NCBI GenBank assembly: GCA_963729045.1
Contig: CAVSMN010000009.1
Location: 170,480-234,479, forward strand
Reading direction: 5' to 3'
Length of the DNA stretch: 64,000 nucleotides
From: an uncultured Nitrososphaeraceae archaeon
Lineage (GTDB): Archaea; Thermoproteota; Nitrososphaeria; Nitrososphaerales; Nitrososphaeraceae
Shown here: positions 1 through 10,918 of the stretch, piece by piece
Layout of the letters: every line of letters starts with the position of its first letter
Position numbering within the stretch: the first letter of the stretch is position 1
Program-made: the position numbers and the translations under genes
Notes under the pieces: model-generated
The model's input: only the letters and a program-made list of their open reading frames with translations
What the model was told of the DNA's origin: nothing
The model's database searches: none

Positions 1-902
1 GTAAAATTCTTAGAGTATCAGATTCGATCTCCTGCACTGAATATAATGGTAATCAATCTGAAATACCCTGTGAATCAAACGATTCTGATGAAGATAGTCT
101 TAAGATAGATAATTTTGGAGACAACGGTCATCTATTAGCCGACACAAAATTTGATCAACAATATTCATTTGAATTAAATGATCCCGTGGGTCAAGACAAA
201 AAATTCAGAGTAACTATGGACTTTGATAAACATACACAAAGCGAGAATAATGATATAAACTCACCTCGATTAGAGATAGTAAGAGAAGATTCAGAAGGAG
301 TACCAGATATGTCTGCCGCAAAGAATCAGGAAATAATTTGGCATGGAAACATACATGAGTATTTTAAGGAACCTAAAGATAAATTTGAAAATGAAACATA
401 CATATCTCTTCAATTTAATACCGGACGTCACGGAAGCAATGACCCAGATGAAGAGCGTGGCTTTGGAATATTGTTTGATGTTTCTGGCAGTAGTAACCCA
501 AACCTATTAGAATATCGGGATGATGGCAAGTATGTAAAATATGATTTTAATACTACAAAGGAATTAGCACAGGACAGTTTTATTTTCCATCAATTAGATA
601 AGAATGGTAATCCCATATTTAATAACAATCTGACAAACAAAGAAAATGTAGAACTTAAAGTAAGAACGTTGTTGACAGACAAAGATACTAGAATGATCGA
701 AACATTTATTGATAATGGCTCGGGTAAGGAAATTCCCTATTGGACCTTAAATAATCTCTCCAAGTTAAAGGAACAAGATGATGTTGATGACCAAAACGGA
801 TTCATGGAGACTATAAATCAAGGATCTGGATATGTTATTGCACGCACTGATAACATTGATACCAGGCCCTCGTCCTTTAAGTCATTTTCTTTTGATTTGT
901 AG
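1..902 (+). CDS. Hypothetical protein, 5'-truncated by the window edge
   Basis: The frame of ORF 186..902 stays open back to position 3 (KILRVSDSISCTEYNGNQSEIPCES...), so the real start lies upstream of the window. Asp/Asn-rich, no recognisable motif. Confidence 0.7.
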   Translation, partial: KILRVSDSISCTEYNGNQSEIPCESNDSDEDSLKIDNFGDNGHLLADTKFDQQYSFELNDPVGQDKKFRVTMDFDKHTQSENNDINSPRLEIVREDSEGVPDMSAAKNQEIIWHGNIHEYFKEPKDKFENETYISLQFNTGRHGSNDPDEERGFGILFDVSGSSNPNLLEYRDDGKYVKYDFNTTKELAQDSFIFHQLDKNGNPIFNNNLTNKENVELKVRTLLTDKDTRMIETFIDNGSGKEIPYWTLNNLSKLKEQDDVDDQNGFMETINQGSGYVIARTDNIDTRPSSFKSFSFDL

Positions 903-1068
903 TATTCTATCCATCTTAATTTTACGGGCTTTGGTTTTTCAGCTGATAGGATAAAAATCAAATAAGGTCATAAACAATAATTTTTTTTGCTATAGGATGT
1001 ATTAATCGATCAAGTAACCGGATTGGTATAATATTCACATTAATAAAAAATACCATATTTAGTCCTGA

Positions 1069-1335
1069 TTATTCAAAATCAAACATCTCGTCAGGGGAGG
1101 CATCTTTACGATATTCACCCTTGTAAAAATAATAACCCTTATCTTGTCCATCACAAACATTGTTTTTTTCCGATTGATTTCTTTCATGAAGTTCAATCCC
1201 AATGTTGTTATTAGCAGCTATTTTTTCGATTTCACCGCAATCTAACCATATACCTTTACATTCAGGGCATTTATCCAATTCCACGCAGAATCCATAGGTC
1301 AAAGCCATTTCAGAAAAACAATTTGGACATTTCAA
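1069..1335 (-). CDS. TFIIB-type zinc-ribbon (zf-TFIIB) domain protein
   Basis: CPNC...CPECKGIWLDxGE motif and C-terminal FDFE; paralog of 40010..40351. Confidence 0.8.
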   Translation of the reverse strand: MKCPNCFSEMALTYGFCVELDKCPECKGIWLDCGEIEKIAANNNIGIELHERNQSEKNNVCDGQDKGYYFYKGEYRKDASPDEMFDFE

Positions 1336-1576
1336 AATATCAAATGAATTTCTGTTGATGATATATATAAAATGATCCTATCAATTAAATTCTTAGAATA
1401 ATTATTGTGATTTTATAATATAATATAATTTCTACAAGTTCATTTCTATAATACTGGAATAATTGAATTGATAATCCATATCTATTGCTACAATTAGCTT
1501 CTGTAATTATTTTCGGCCCCATATCATAATAAATGTCAATCAATAATCTTATTTACTATAGAGACAAATTTAATTA

Positions 1577-1864
1577 ATGAGCGAATCTACGAAATTTAAT
1601 TATTCGATAGTTAGAGAGAATTCAATTAATAATTTCATCAAGGATCTGCTAGAGGACAGGATTGAATTTGATTATTCAAAGGGTATTAAGGAAGATAAAA
1701 ATGAAGTTTTTAATGCTGCTATGGATTTAAAGGCAAAAATAATTCCATATCTAGCTGTTGAAAAGGACTACGCCAATAAAGAATATCACAAGCTTCAAGA
1801 AAATATATTTTCTTGTTATCTGACCCTAAAAATTTTTGGAGTAATACGTCCAAAATTAAGTTAG
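1577..1864 (+). CDS. Hypothetical protein
   Basis: 95-aa ATG ORF with normal composition, alone in its interval. Confidence 0.6.
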   Translation: MSESTKFNYSIVRENSINNFIKDLLEDRIEFDYSKGIKEDKNEVFNAAMDLKAKIIPYLAVEKDYANKEYHKLQENIFSCYLTLKIFGVIRPKLS

Positions 1865-2183
1865 GTTACTTACCTTTCATGTGTTTTATGAAAGAGAATA
1901 ATATCATCACATGATTCAACTGACATAGACAGTTTGTTTTTATAATGACCATCCGTACATTTTTTGTTCGACATTAAGTAATCAAAACTTATTTTCAACT
2001 CTGATTAAATATTCCTCTAAAAGACATACAGTTCAATTAATTGGTACGTAAAAACCGAAACTAACTGGATGAATTTTTTGTGTAGTAGTATAATCAATAA
2101 ATAAATTTCTAATTGGTAATATTTATGGACCATATTTCCTGTATTTAACATTAAAGTATAAGATTTATTTACAGAATGTTATT

Positions 2184-3155
2184 ATGACTAATAATTTCAT
2201 TGGTGTTGAAAAAACTACAAAAAGTTTTTTAGATAAACTACAAAACAATCCCGGTCCCCCTATTTACAAATTATCGCCTAGCGATGCTCGAAATGTATTA
2301 TCAGGTCTTCAATCGGTACCAGTTGCAAAGCCTGCAGCTGATGTACAGGATCTCTCCATCTCTGGCAAATCAAATGAAAAAATAGATATTCAAATTATAA
2401 GACCGTTCAATAGCGGCGATAAAACCCTTCCGGTTGTGGTCTATTTTCATGGTGGCGGATGGGTTTTAGGAGGAATAGATACTCATGACAGACTGGTAAG
2501 AGAATTGACCAACTCCATTAATGCTGCAATTGTATTTGTTAAATATAGTAGATCTCCTGAAGCTAAATATCCAAAAGCTCTAGAAGAAGCCTATGATTCA
2601 ATAAAATGGATTTCAGAAAATGGTAACTCATTGAATTTAGACTCTTCTAGAATGGCTGTCGTAGGAGACAGTGTTGGCGGCAACATGGCAACCGCTGTTG
2701 CGATGCTTGCCAAGGAGCGTCAGGGACCAAAAATTCTTTATCAGGTCCTTTTCTATCCGGTTACCGAAGCAAATTTTGATACCGAGTCATATCGATCTTT
2801 TCAAGAGGGTTACTTTTTGACTAGAGAAGCCATGAAATGGTTTTGGGAAAGCTATGTTTCAGATAAAGCCGATTTGAAAAAACCCACAGTTTCTCCATTG
2901 TTATCTTCAATAGAACAGCTCAATGGTTTACCACCAGCACTTGTAATAACAGGCGAGTTTGATGTATTAAGGGATGAAGGGGAAGCTTACGCACATAAGT
3001 TGATGGAAGCTGGCGTAAACGTAACTGCATGTAGATATCAAGGCACTATTCACGATTTCGTAATGTTAAACGAAATTGCAGGTACGCCAGCAACAAGAGG
3101 TGCAATTGAACAGGCATCTGATAAATTAAGAAAGGTATTATGGGAAAGAGAATAG
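2184..3155 (+). CDS. Alpha/beta hydrolase, HSL-family esterase/lipase
   Basis: HGGGW oxyanion motif, GDSVGG nucleophile elbow, DVLRDEG acid and HDF histidine. Confidence 0.92.
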   Translation: MTNNFIGVEKTTKSFLDKLQNNPGPPIYKLSPSDARNVLSGLQSVPVAKPAADVQDLSISGKSNEKIDIQIIRPFNSGDKTLPVVVYFHGGGWVLGGIDTHDRLVRELTNSINAAIVFVKYSRSPEAKYPKALEEAYDSIKWISENGNSLNLDSSRMAVVGDSVGGNMATAVAMLAKERQGPKILYQVLFYPVTEANFDTESYRSFQEGYFLTREAMKWFWESYVSDKADLKKPTVSPLLSSIEQLNGLPPALVITGEFDVLRDEGEAYAHKLMEAGVNVTACRYQGTIHDFVMLNEIAGTPATRGAIEQASDKLRKVLWERE

Positions 3156-3172
3156 ACATTTTAGATACTGTT

Positions 3173-3191
3173 TGGTCAATTTTTTTGACCA
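3173..3191 (+). terminator. Hairpin with T-tract after the esterase gene
   Basis: TGGTCAA-TTTTT-TTGACCA inverted repeat 18 nt after the stop codon. Confidence 0.4.
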
Positions 3192-3575
3192 TACCATTTC
3201 TCATTATTTACTGAAGAAAGAAATACGATTGTTTTCAATAGAGTTTTGTGAAATCCATAAAGTACGTATATCTATTTAAAAGACTAGATAGAACATGTTA
3301 CTAACATTATTGTTATTATTTTCAATATTTTTGAAGTGGTCCAATGATAATTGTATCAAGGATATAATGTGATTGGATCGGATTTGATTGAAATAGTGTA
3401 ATACCCGTAAAGCTGAGTAAATTGATCCATATGTTCATATTCAGAATTCCATTTGTTGATGTCTGTCTGTCTGTTTATATGTCTATGAATGTCATTTTTC
3501 AAGTTTTTCAAACAGGATTGAAATCGACTTGATGAATTTATTAAATATCAATACAATAATTAGGTAGAAAACATA

Positions 3576-4313
3576 TTGGATAAAGTACAAAGTTATCACG
3601 TTGAACCTCACATAAAAGAAAGTAACTACATTAGAGATATTGTTTTTGGTTTTGGTGATGGAGTTAATACTTCTTTAGGAATAGTAGCTGGCATAGGTGG
3701 TGCCTCTGTGGGTGTGGATATAGTCATTTTAGCTGCGGTAATAGGAATGTTTACGGGTGCTAAAGCCATGGCAGTACAAAATTATCTTGCTGTTAAATCC
3801 CAAATAGAGATTTTACAATCCGAAATCAAAAGAGAAGAATATGAAATTGAAAATACTCCCGAGGAGGAAAGAAAAGAGATAGAAGAAATCTACAAGTCCA
3901 AAGGGTTTGTCGGTGAAGAATTGAATATGGTTGTAAATAAGATTACATCCAATAAGGGAGTTTGGTTGAAAACGATGTTAACAGAGGAGTTGGGTCTGAA
4001 TCTAGAAATCCTAGGCAATCCTATAAAAGGAGCTATTGTTATGTTCATATCATTTTTGGTAGGAGGTATCTTACCAATACTACCATATTTCATAGTCAAA
4101 ACTGGCTTAATCAACAATTTTACGGCATTACTAATAGCCATTTCTATGAGTTTATCGTCATCTTTTATGATTGGTGCAATCAAAGGTAGATTAGCTAAAA
4201 AAAGCTGGGTAAAAGGAGGATTGGAAATGTCTCTATTAGGAACAGGAATTGCGTTACTTGGTTATGGAATTGGATCTGAAATGAATAACCTAGGAGTGGT
4301 TGACTTTGAATAA
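3576..4313 (+). CDS. VIT1/CCC1 family Fe/Mn transporter
   Basis: RDIVFGFGDG N-terminal motif, Glu-rich cytoplasmic segment (EIKREEYEIENTPEEERKE, MLTEELG), about 5 hydrophobic helices. Confidence 0.88.
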   Translation: MDKVQSYHVEPHIKESNYIRDIVFGFGDGVNTSLGIVAGIGGASVGVDIVILAAVIGMFTGAKAMAVQNYLAVKSQIEILQSEIKREEYEIENTPEEERKEIEEIYKSKGFVGEELNMVVNKITSNKGVWLKTMLTEELGLNLEILGNPIKGAIVMFISFLVGGILPILPYFIVKTGLINNFTALLIAISMSLSSSFMIGAIKGRLAKKSWVKGGLEMSLLGTGIALLGYGIGSEMNNLGVVDFE

Positions 4314-4368
4314 CAGATATTGGTGTTAAGGCATTTGGTTTAGATATATGCAACAGATGAGAAAGAAT

Positions 4369-6510
4369 TTAAGAAGAATATTTTTTTTTCAATTTCTTGG
4401 CTAGTTTTGGACCTATTTTTGGGATCATAGATAGTTTTGATTCTGAAATTAGTAGGAGATCGTTAGGTACGTTGATTCCAGCCCCATGAAGAGATCGCGC
4501 TCTGGCCCTGCCTATATCTTTCATCTGTACCAATGGAACAAGCTCTGCCTTTACTCCATGCTTAATTCGACTTTCGAGTGAAAAAAGAACGGGTAAAAGA
4601 TCGTTTCTGTTTAACAATTTACATATTTCGAATATTGAAGAGATTAACCAATTAGACACTTCGACAATTCTATGTATATCGCCTGGCTCTACACCAATTC
4701 TCTCATTCATCCTTTTTTCTGTAGACTCATTGATCCATTCGTATAGAGTCCATAGACTTCTAGAACAATCCATTATTTCTACGTCTGAAAAAAATTCATC
4801 ATAATTGTTATAAAACAAATAACTGAACTCTTCGATGTCTTGTTTTCTAAACGAAAGTTTAGGATAAAAGTCTGGGCAAGTGGTAATCATATGAAGGAAA
4901 CCAAATACGTTGTTGATTTTTACAGACCTTGGTTTTATATCATCGATGGTCTTCCTAAACGCAACAGCAGTCTCAGGATTAAGATATAAATTTGAAACTA
5001 ATTTTCCAAATCCGGTCACATTATACATATTGTTTTGCAATCGAATTAGATCTTCTTCTAGAAAATAATCTAAAGATGAATCTATTTTATCAAATAGGGA
5101 AGTATTGTTCCTATCTTGAAATGAATAAAATGTCTTTGAGAACAAGTCATAGATATCATCTAGACTAATTCCGTTAAATGAAGCAATTACACCCAGTAGA
5201 TGGATTTTGATCGCTATTATATTCCCAAGGTTTGAATTTAGAGGTTCAGGAATCCCCAATATATAATGATCATACAAGTCTTCATAAGATGTTCTTGAAT
5301 CTGAAATAATTATAGATTCTCCATAAGCATCATATTGAGGTCGTCCAGCTCTTCCACAAAGTTGTTTATATTCAAGCACACTAATAGGAACTGAAGCACC
5401 GTATACAAAATCATACCGGGTAACATTTGTTATTATGACTCTACGTGCAGGGAGGTTGACGCCAGCAGCTAGTGTGGGTGTTGCAAACAGGGATTTTATG
5501 ATTCCACTTTTAAAAGCCTCTTCAACAACCCCTCTACTTGAAAGACTTAATCCTGCATGATGAAACCCTATGCCAGTAGATATCAAATTTGACAAATTTT
5601 TAGTTAAATCCGTGTCATCACCCTCCTCCAAAATTTGTTTAGAAACCTTTAAGGTATTTTTCCTTTCTTCTGGTGATAGGGTTTTGGATACAACCTCTGA
5701 AACCTTCTTAGCTAAGGATACGGCTCGTTTTCTTGTTTCAACAAAAATAAGATTTTGTCCATTACTATTTAGAGAATCCATGACTAAATCGATAGCCATC
5801 GAAGTGGTGTCCTTCCCTGACTCAGAAACTTTAATTCTGGAATCGTCATTAGAATATATTATCCCATCAGAATATACCCCTTCTATCAATTTTGTTGGTC
5901 TCCAAGTGCTTTCTATTAATCTTGATCCTAACCATCCTGCGATTTCGGAGGCATTAGTGATTGTAGCACTTAAGCCAAGAATCTGAGATGATGAATAGTA
6001 TTTTTTTATTTTGGTTAGGACCATTTCTAAAACCGGTCCCCTATCTTGATCTCCGATTAAATGAATTTCGTCTGAAATAAATAGTCCAACATTTGATAAC
6101 CATGAAGCATTATGTCTAAGAATCGAGTCAATTTTTTCGTTTGTCATAATAATTATGTCGGCTGAACTTAAATCGGCGTTTGAAGTATTAAAATCGCCAG
6201 TGCTAATCTTTATTCTTATTTTTCTGGAAAATATACCAGATTTATCTATAGAAGTAAATTCCAAATATTTTTCATAAGCTAATGCTCTTAATGGTGTAAG
6301 ATATACTACTTTCTTATTTTTTTCTAAGGATTTAATTGCAGCTAGGATGGCAATTAATGTTTTCCCGCTTGCGGTAGGAGTAGTAATTAAAATATTAGAA
6401 TCTTCTAACAAGCCTTTTTCTATAGCCAATTGTTGTGGAGGATATAGAGAGGTATAACCTAAAAATGAAAGATAAGAAGAAATCCTATCATCACTTAACT
6501 TCAATTGCAT
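4369..6510 (-). CDS. hel308: Hel308/Hjm Ski2-like DNA helicase
   Basis: PTASGKT Walker A, DEIH, SAT, TPTLAAGVNLPA, QLCGRAGRP, C-terminal RARAR motif and HhH. Confidence 0.92.
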   Translation of the reverse strand: MQLKLSDDRISSYLSFLGYTSLYPPQQLAIEKGLLEDSNILITTPTASGKTLIAILAAIKSLEKNKKVVYLTPLRALAYEKYLEFTSIDKSGIFSRKIRIKISTGDFNTSNADLSSADIIIMTNEKIDSILRHNASWLSNVGLFISDEIHLIGDQDRGPVLEMVLTKIKKYYSSSQILGLSATITNASEIAGWLGSRLIESTWRPTKLIEGVYSDGIIYSNDDSRIKVSESGKDTTSMAIDLVMDSLNSNGQNLIFVETRKRAVSLAKKVSEVVSKTLSPEERKNTLKVSKQILEEGDDTDLTKNLSNLISTGIGFHHAGLSLSSRGVVEEAFKSGIIKSLFATPTLAAGVNLPARRVIITNVTRYDFVYGASVPISVLEYKQLCGRAGRPQYDAYGESIIISDSRTSYEDLYDHYILGIPEPLNSNLGNIIAIKIHLLGVIASFNGISLDDIYDLFSKTFYSFQDRNNTSLFDKIDSSLDYFLEEDLIRLQNNMYNVTGFGKLVSNLYLNPETAVAFRKTIDDIKPRSVKINNVFGFLHMITTCPDFYPKLSFRKQDIEEFSYLFYNNYDEFFSDVEIMDCSRSLWTLYEWINESTEKRMNERIGVEPGDIHRIVEVSNWLISSIFEICKLLNRNDLLPVLFSLESRIKHGVKAELVPLVQMKDIGRARARSLHGAGINVPNDLLLISESKLSMIPKIGPKLAKKLKKKYSS

Positions 6511-6798
6511 GTATAAATTACTATTATTAAGAAATCGTATTACATATTAAATTTCTTTCATTGATAAACAAGTTATTGTTATTAAGGATAGGTAAGGATT
6601 TCATCGATAAAATTCTTGCTTGCTCCGGGTTGTGCGTTTGAAATCAATTGGCCTTTGATTAACTAAAATGAATTGAAAAATGCTTATGATCACGATAATT
6701 GACATTTTTTCCGTCTGGTGGTTATTATTATAATATTACTAACAAATTAATAATAATTAATAAGTAAACTTTATATTATTAATAACCAAATTATTTTC

Positions 6799-7764
6799 AT
6801 GCGAGAGAATTATAAGACTTGGATCTCTTTTTGCTTTATTGTTTTAACCATAACTTTATTTTCTTCAATTATTCCAAAGTCTATTGCTACCAGTAATTTA
6901 TCACAAAATAACAATAATAATAATAGTATCAAAGAATCAGAGGGTCAGAGCTTAATTTCATCAAATAATACAAATCTAAAAATTTTCGCATCCTTTTATC
7001 CGATTTATGATTTTGTCAAGAAAATAGGCAAAGACAGAGTGGATGTTTCAACTATAGTACCTGCCAGTATAGAACCCCATGATTTTGAACCTACAGCCAA
7101 ACAAGTAATTGAACTACAAAAAGCTGATGTGATTTTTATTAATGGAGCAGGATTTGAATCCTGGATTAATAAGATAGGAAATGCAAACGTAGTTGACTTG
7201 AGCAAGGATCTCCCAATTGAAAATATAGGATCTACTCCAGATCCCCATATTTGGCTTGATCCCAATTTGGTTAAAGCATATTCAAAAACTATATTTGAAA
7301 AATTAATATCTTTAGATCCTCAAAATACAGATTATTATACGAGCAATTTTAATGAATTTAATAGCAAACTAGAACTACTAAATTCAGATATTAATATGAA
7401 CTTGACTAATTGTGATCTGAATGATTTTATCGCATTTCATGATGCTTTTGGCTATTTTGCAAAAAGATACGGGTTAACTCAGCATTCAATTAGTGGTTTA
7501 TCACCTGAAGGAGACATTAATCCTCAAAAAATTACAGAGGCAATAAAATTAGCTGAGCAATTAGGTGTAAACATTATTTTTTCAGAAGATAATATTGAGC
7601 CTAGACTTTCAGACACAATAGCAAATGAAATAGGAGGGAAGGTAATGAGATTGAGTCCGATTGAAATGATTACACAGGAAGAACAAACTTTAGATAAAGA
7701 TTATTTCTCAAAAATGTACGATAATTTAGATAATTTGAAAATAGCGCTCAAATGTGAAAATTAA
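6799..7764 (+). CDS. Metal ABC transporter substrate-binding protein (ZnuA/TroA family)
   Basis: N-terminal signal/TM segment; EPHDFEP, DPHIWLDP and FHDAFGYF metal-site motifs. Confidence 0.9.
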   Translation: MRENYKTWISFCFIVLTITLFSSIIPKSIATSNLSQNNNNNNSIKESEGQSLISSNNTNLKIFASFYPIYDFVKKIGKDRVDVSTIVPASIEPHDFEPTAKQVIELQKADVIFINGAGFESWINKIGNANVVDLSKDLPIENIGSTPDPHIWLDPNLVKAYSKTIFEKLISLDPQNTDYYTSNFNEFNSKLELLNSDINMNLTNCDLNDFIAFHDAFGYFAKRYGLTQHSISGLSPEGDINPQKITEAIKLAEQLGVNIIFSEDNIEPRLSDTIANEIGGKVMRLSPIEMITQEEQTLDKDYFSKMYDNLDNLKIALKCEN

Positions 7765-7806
7765 TTATTTGAATTATATGGAATATGAAAAAAGAATTGA
7801 ATAGAA

Positions 7807-8646
7807 ATGATTGAAATTCTCCAGTATGAGTTCATGCAACGTGCCCTTATTTCTGGAATAGCAATTTCTATAAGTTGTTCGCTAATTGGACTGTTTCTTA
7901 TATTAAAAAGATTTTCTTTGTTTGGGGATGCAATGTCGCATGTAGCTTTTGGAGGGATCGCATTAGGATTGTTTCTAAAGTCTAATCCTATTTGGGTATC
8001 ATTAATTGTTTCGATAATTGGAGCATTAGCAATCATAAAATTGAATTCAAGCAAAAGAATCTATTCAGATTCGTCTATCTCAGTTCTATTATCTCTAGGG
8101 CTAGCGATGGGATTGGTATTAATCAGCTTATCTGGAGGATTTTCTATAGATATAACAAGTTATCTTTTTGGAAGCATATTATTAGTCAATATCGAAGAAA
8201 CATTGAGTACCATACTTCTAAGCGTTATAGTTATTACATTTGTTATCTTTTATTATAAAAAATTAATATATCTTGTATTTAATGAGGAACAAGCATTAGT
8301 AAATGGCATCAATACAGTTGTATTAAATATTTTATTCATTACTTTGGCAACCATTGCAATTGTAATGTCCATTAGATTGATAGGAGTACTAATGGTTTCG
8401 TCTCTCTTAATAATTCCTAATGTTTCTTCGTTGCTACTAGGATATGGATTCAAGAAAACCATACTATTCTCAATTTGTTTTTCTTTGATATCTGTTATTT
8501 TGGGAATAATATTAGCATATGAATGGAATATTACACCTAGTGGAATGATAGTAATAACATCCGCTGGAATATTCTTTGGAGTAAATGTATTAAAGTTATT
8601 TTCTTCAAAAATAAAAAACAAGACTGAAACAAAAATAAGATCTTGA
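7807..8646 (+). CDS. Metal ABC transporter permease (ZnuB/ABC-3 family)
   Basis: FMQRAL, GDAMSHVAFGG and YLFGSIL motifs; multiple TM helices; follows the binding protein. Confidence 0.9.
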   Translation: MIEILQYEFMQRALISGIAISISCSLIGLFLILKRFSLFGDAMSHVAFGGIALGLFLKSNPIWVSLIVSIIGALAIIKLNSSKRIYSDSSISVLLSLGLAMGLVLISLSGGFSIDITSYLFGSILLVNIEETLSTILLSVIVITFVIFYYKKLIYLVFNEEQALVNGINTVVLNILFITLATIAIVMSIRLIGVLMVSSLLIIPNVSSLLLGYGFKKTILFSICFSLISVILGIILAYEWNITPSGMIVITSAGIFFGVNVLKLFSSKIKNKTETKIRS

Positions 8647-9590
8647 CAATTAATAGTTTTTATCAGCTATTACCCGATATTATTATGTACTTGTATAACC
8701 AGTATGTTTTTAAAGAAATGAATTTTGGTATGAAATTTACGTTTGTCTTTCTTTTTGCTTCATCACTTTTATTTTTTACTTGCTTACTTATTTTTGACGG
8801 TATCACAGTCTTTGCTCAACAAGAAAATAATACCACCACCATAAATACAAATGATCAATTCGGTATTGAAAAAATATATCCTACCAAATCCGATGGCAGG
8901 GAATGGTATGTTAACATGTCTAACCCCAAAAATGATCCAAATGTAACTTTTACTTTTAATCCTAGATTAGCCAAACAGGATGATGGATCTTGGAAAATAA
9001 GGGATGACAAAATTCGAATTAATGTAGACACATTAAATGGGACAGAAGAATGGAAAAATGTTGAAATTACGGGATATGTGAAAATAGACTCGATAATCAA
9101 TCCGCGTAAAAGTGTTATAACAGACATTGACTGGGTAGCAAGAACTGATCAACATAATGAAGACTTTCCATGTCATGGCCTATCCCTTCACGGGGGCATT
9201 TATCCGGATGGTTCTGTAGCATGGAAAAAAGAAATATGGTTTACCGGAGGATATACTAAAGAAAAATCAGTCCCTAAAATAACCGACTCATTGATGAATA
9301 GATGGATTGGCTGGAAAACTGTGATCTATAATACAAATAATGATTCCGCGGTTAAAATGGAATCATATTTAGATAACTCAAATTCTAATCATTGGGTCAA
9401 AGTTTTTGAAATTACGGATAACGGAGGCTGGTATGCAAGTAGTTCGGATAAAGTATTCTACAGTGCAAATTGTGGTAGATCCAAAGATCATATGGTTTTG
9501 AATTCAGGACCTATTGTTACGTTTCGCGCAGATAACGTAGTTTTGAACTTCAAGGATTTGAGCATAAGAGAAATAGAGCCACCAAAGTAG
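8643..9590 (+). CDS. Secreted hypothetical protein (true start probably ~8718-8730)
   Basis: Signal-peptide-like MKFTFVFLFASSLLFF..VFA followed by a Trp-rich, probably beta-rich domain (DQFGIEKIYPTK, WKNVEITGYVK). Confidence 0.7.
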   Translation: MTINSFYQLLPDIIMYLYNQYVFKEMNFGMKFTFVFLFASSLLFFTCLLIFDGITVFAQQENNTTTINTNDQFGIEKIYPTKSDGREWYVNMSNPKNDPNVTFTFNPRLAKQDDGSWKIRDDKIRINVDTLNGTEEWKNVEITGYVKIDSIINPRKSVITDIDWVARTDQHNEDFPCHGLSLHGGIYPDGSVAWKKEIWFTGGYTKEKSVPKITDSLMNRWIGWKTVIYNTNNDSAVKMESYLDNSNSNHWVKVFEITDNGGWYASSSDKVFYSANCGRSKDHMVLNSGPIVTFRADNVVLNFKDLSIREIEPPK

Positions 9591-9668
9591 GATAATACTG
9601 ATTTATCCATTGGAAATTACTCGTAAATGGAAAAAACAAATATTATGAAATGATCATAATAAAAAACA

Positions 9669-10052
9669 TTGCCAATCATAAGCATTTCACTGAATGAAAA
9701 CATAATCCAAGAACTAGATAAATTGCAAAAGTTTTTGGGTTTTTCAGGCAGATCAGAAATCGTAAGAGCTAGTGTTAGAAACCTACTTTTAGAAGAGAAA
9801 AGAATAGATGAATTGTCAGGAGTTCTACATTCAGTTCTTCTAGTAATACATGATGAAAAATCCGATCAAGAAATCAGTGAAATTCGACATGGATTTGATA
9901 AAATAATTAATACCCACATTCACAATAAGATAGACGAAGATAGATGCCTTGAAATTTTTGTACTTTATGGTGATGCAAGAGAGATTAAAAATATTACCAA
10001 GAAATTTCAAGGGAACAGAAAAATGGATCAAGTTAGGTTAGTGGTAACATAG
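9669..10052 (+). CDS. NikR-family (RHH + metal-binding domain) transcriptional regulator
   Basis: N-terminal ribbon-helix-helix (IISISL...RSEIVR); C-terminal H..HxH..C ligand pattern (IRH, HIH, RCLE). Confidence 0.85.
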   Translation: MPIISISLNENIIQELDKLQKFLGFSGRSEIVRASVRNLLLEEKRIDELSGVLHSVLLVIHDEKSDQEISEIRHGFDKIINTHIHNKIDEDRCLEIFVLYGDAREIKNITKKFQGNRKMDQVRLVVT

Positions 10053-10074
10053 TAATTCAACATATTAATTTGAA

Positions 10075-10148
10075 AGCCATAAGTGGGATTTGAACCCACG
10101 GCCTAAGGTTTACGAAACCTTCGCTCTGCCAGGCTGAGCTACTATGGC
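10075..10148 (-). tRNA. tRNA-Thr(CGT), intronless
   Basis: Reverse complement GCCATAGTAGCTCAGCCTGGCAGAGCGAAGGTTTCGTAAACCTTAGGCCGTGGGTTCAAATCCCACTTATGGCT folds as a cloverleaf; anticodon arm AAGGT-TTCGTAA-ACCTT; T-loop TTCAAAT; no encoded CCA. Confidence 0.96.
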
Positions 10149-10233
10149 GGCAGCGTTAGAACCAATCTGCGAACAATTTCCAAGTATTAGAAGTATGAAA
10201 AAGTTAAATAATAATGTATTTTTTTTCTATGAT

Positions 10234-10554
10234 GTGACAAAATGCAACTTACATGAATTTTTTTTTGACTGGAATTGTAATGATTGCAAAGAAGAATATA
10301 AGAATTTGAAGGGAACTAACAAAATTGAAGAAGAGTCACATGAGGAAGTAGAACCGATAAAGGCAAAGAAAATAAAGAAGAAGAATGATTACAAAGAATT
10401 CACAGAAGAGAGAGCTAAAAAACTCTATGAAGAAATTTTTTTGCAGTATTTAAAAAAGGGTAACATAAGTGAAGCAGAATCCATTGAACGCTCAAAGAAG
10501 ATAATAAGAAAACAGTGTTTAATGCGCAACATTGAGCCTTGGTCATGGGTCTAA
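10234..10554 (+). CDS. Hypothetical protein with N-terminal CxxH..CxxC motif
   Basis: The ORF-track start (10144) overlaps the tRNA and its promoter; GTG at 10234 gives (M)TKCNLHEFFFDWNCNDCK... followed by a charged helical region. Confidence 0.6.
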   Translation: MTKCNLHEFFFDWNCNDCKEEYKNLKGTNKIEEESHEEVEPIKAKKIKKKNDYKEFTEERAKKLYEEIFLQYLKKGNISEAESIERSKKIIRKQCLMRNIEPWSWV

Positions 10555-10617
10555 TCCAGATTCAGAATTAAATAGTTAAGTTAAACCTAAATAACAAAAA
10601 AAAGTTATTTAACTTTA

Positions 10618-10845
10618 TTGTCATCACCGAATAATCAATCTAATATCTTACAAGGAAGTGTAAATAAAGACATCCTTCTAAAACTAAAAGGAAAGAGAAC
10701 TATCAAGGGAAAGCTGAAAAGTTTTGATCAATACATGAATTTAACACTGGAAAATGCAACTGAAGTTTTAGAGGGAGATAAAGTTCAACAAATGGGAGAA
10801 ATATTCATCAAAGGCGAAAACATTGTTATTATAGCAACAGATTGA
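10618..10845 (+). CDS. Sm-like archaeal protein (LSm/SmAP)
   Basis: Sm1 motif GKLKSFDQYMNLTLENA and Sm2 motif IFIKGENIV. Confidence 0.92.
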   Translation: MSSPNNQSNILQGSVNKDILLKLKGKRTIKGKLKSFDQYMNLTLENATEVLEGDKVQQMGEIFIKGENIVIIATD

Positions 10846-10918
10846 TTATATGAATAAACAGTGATTCTTGTTAATAATTATAATCAAGTTTTTCAAAAGA
10901 TTAAGTTAAATTATTTAA

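Noticed and set aside
10144..10233. N-terminal extension of ORF 10144..10554
   Set aside because: Overlaps the tRNA 5' end and its promoter on the opposite strand; a downstream GTG start is more plausible.
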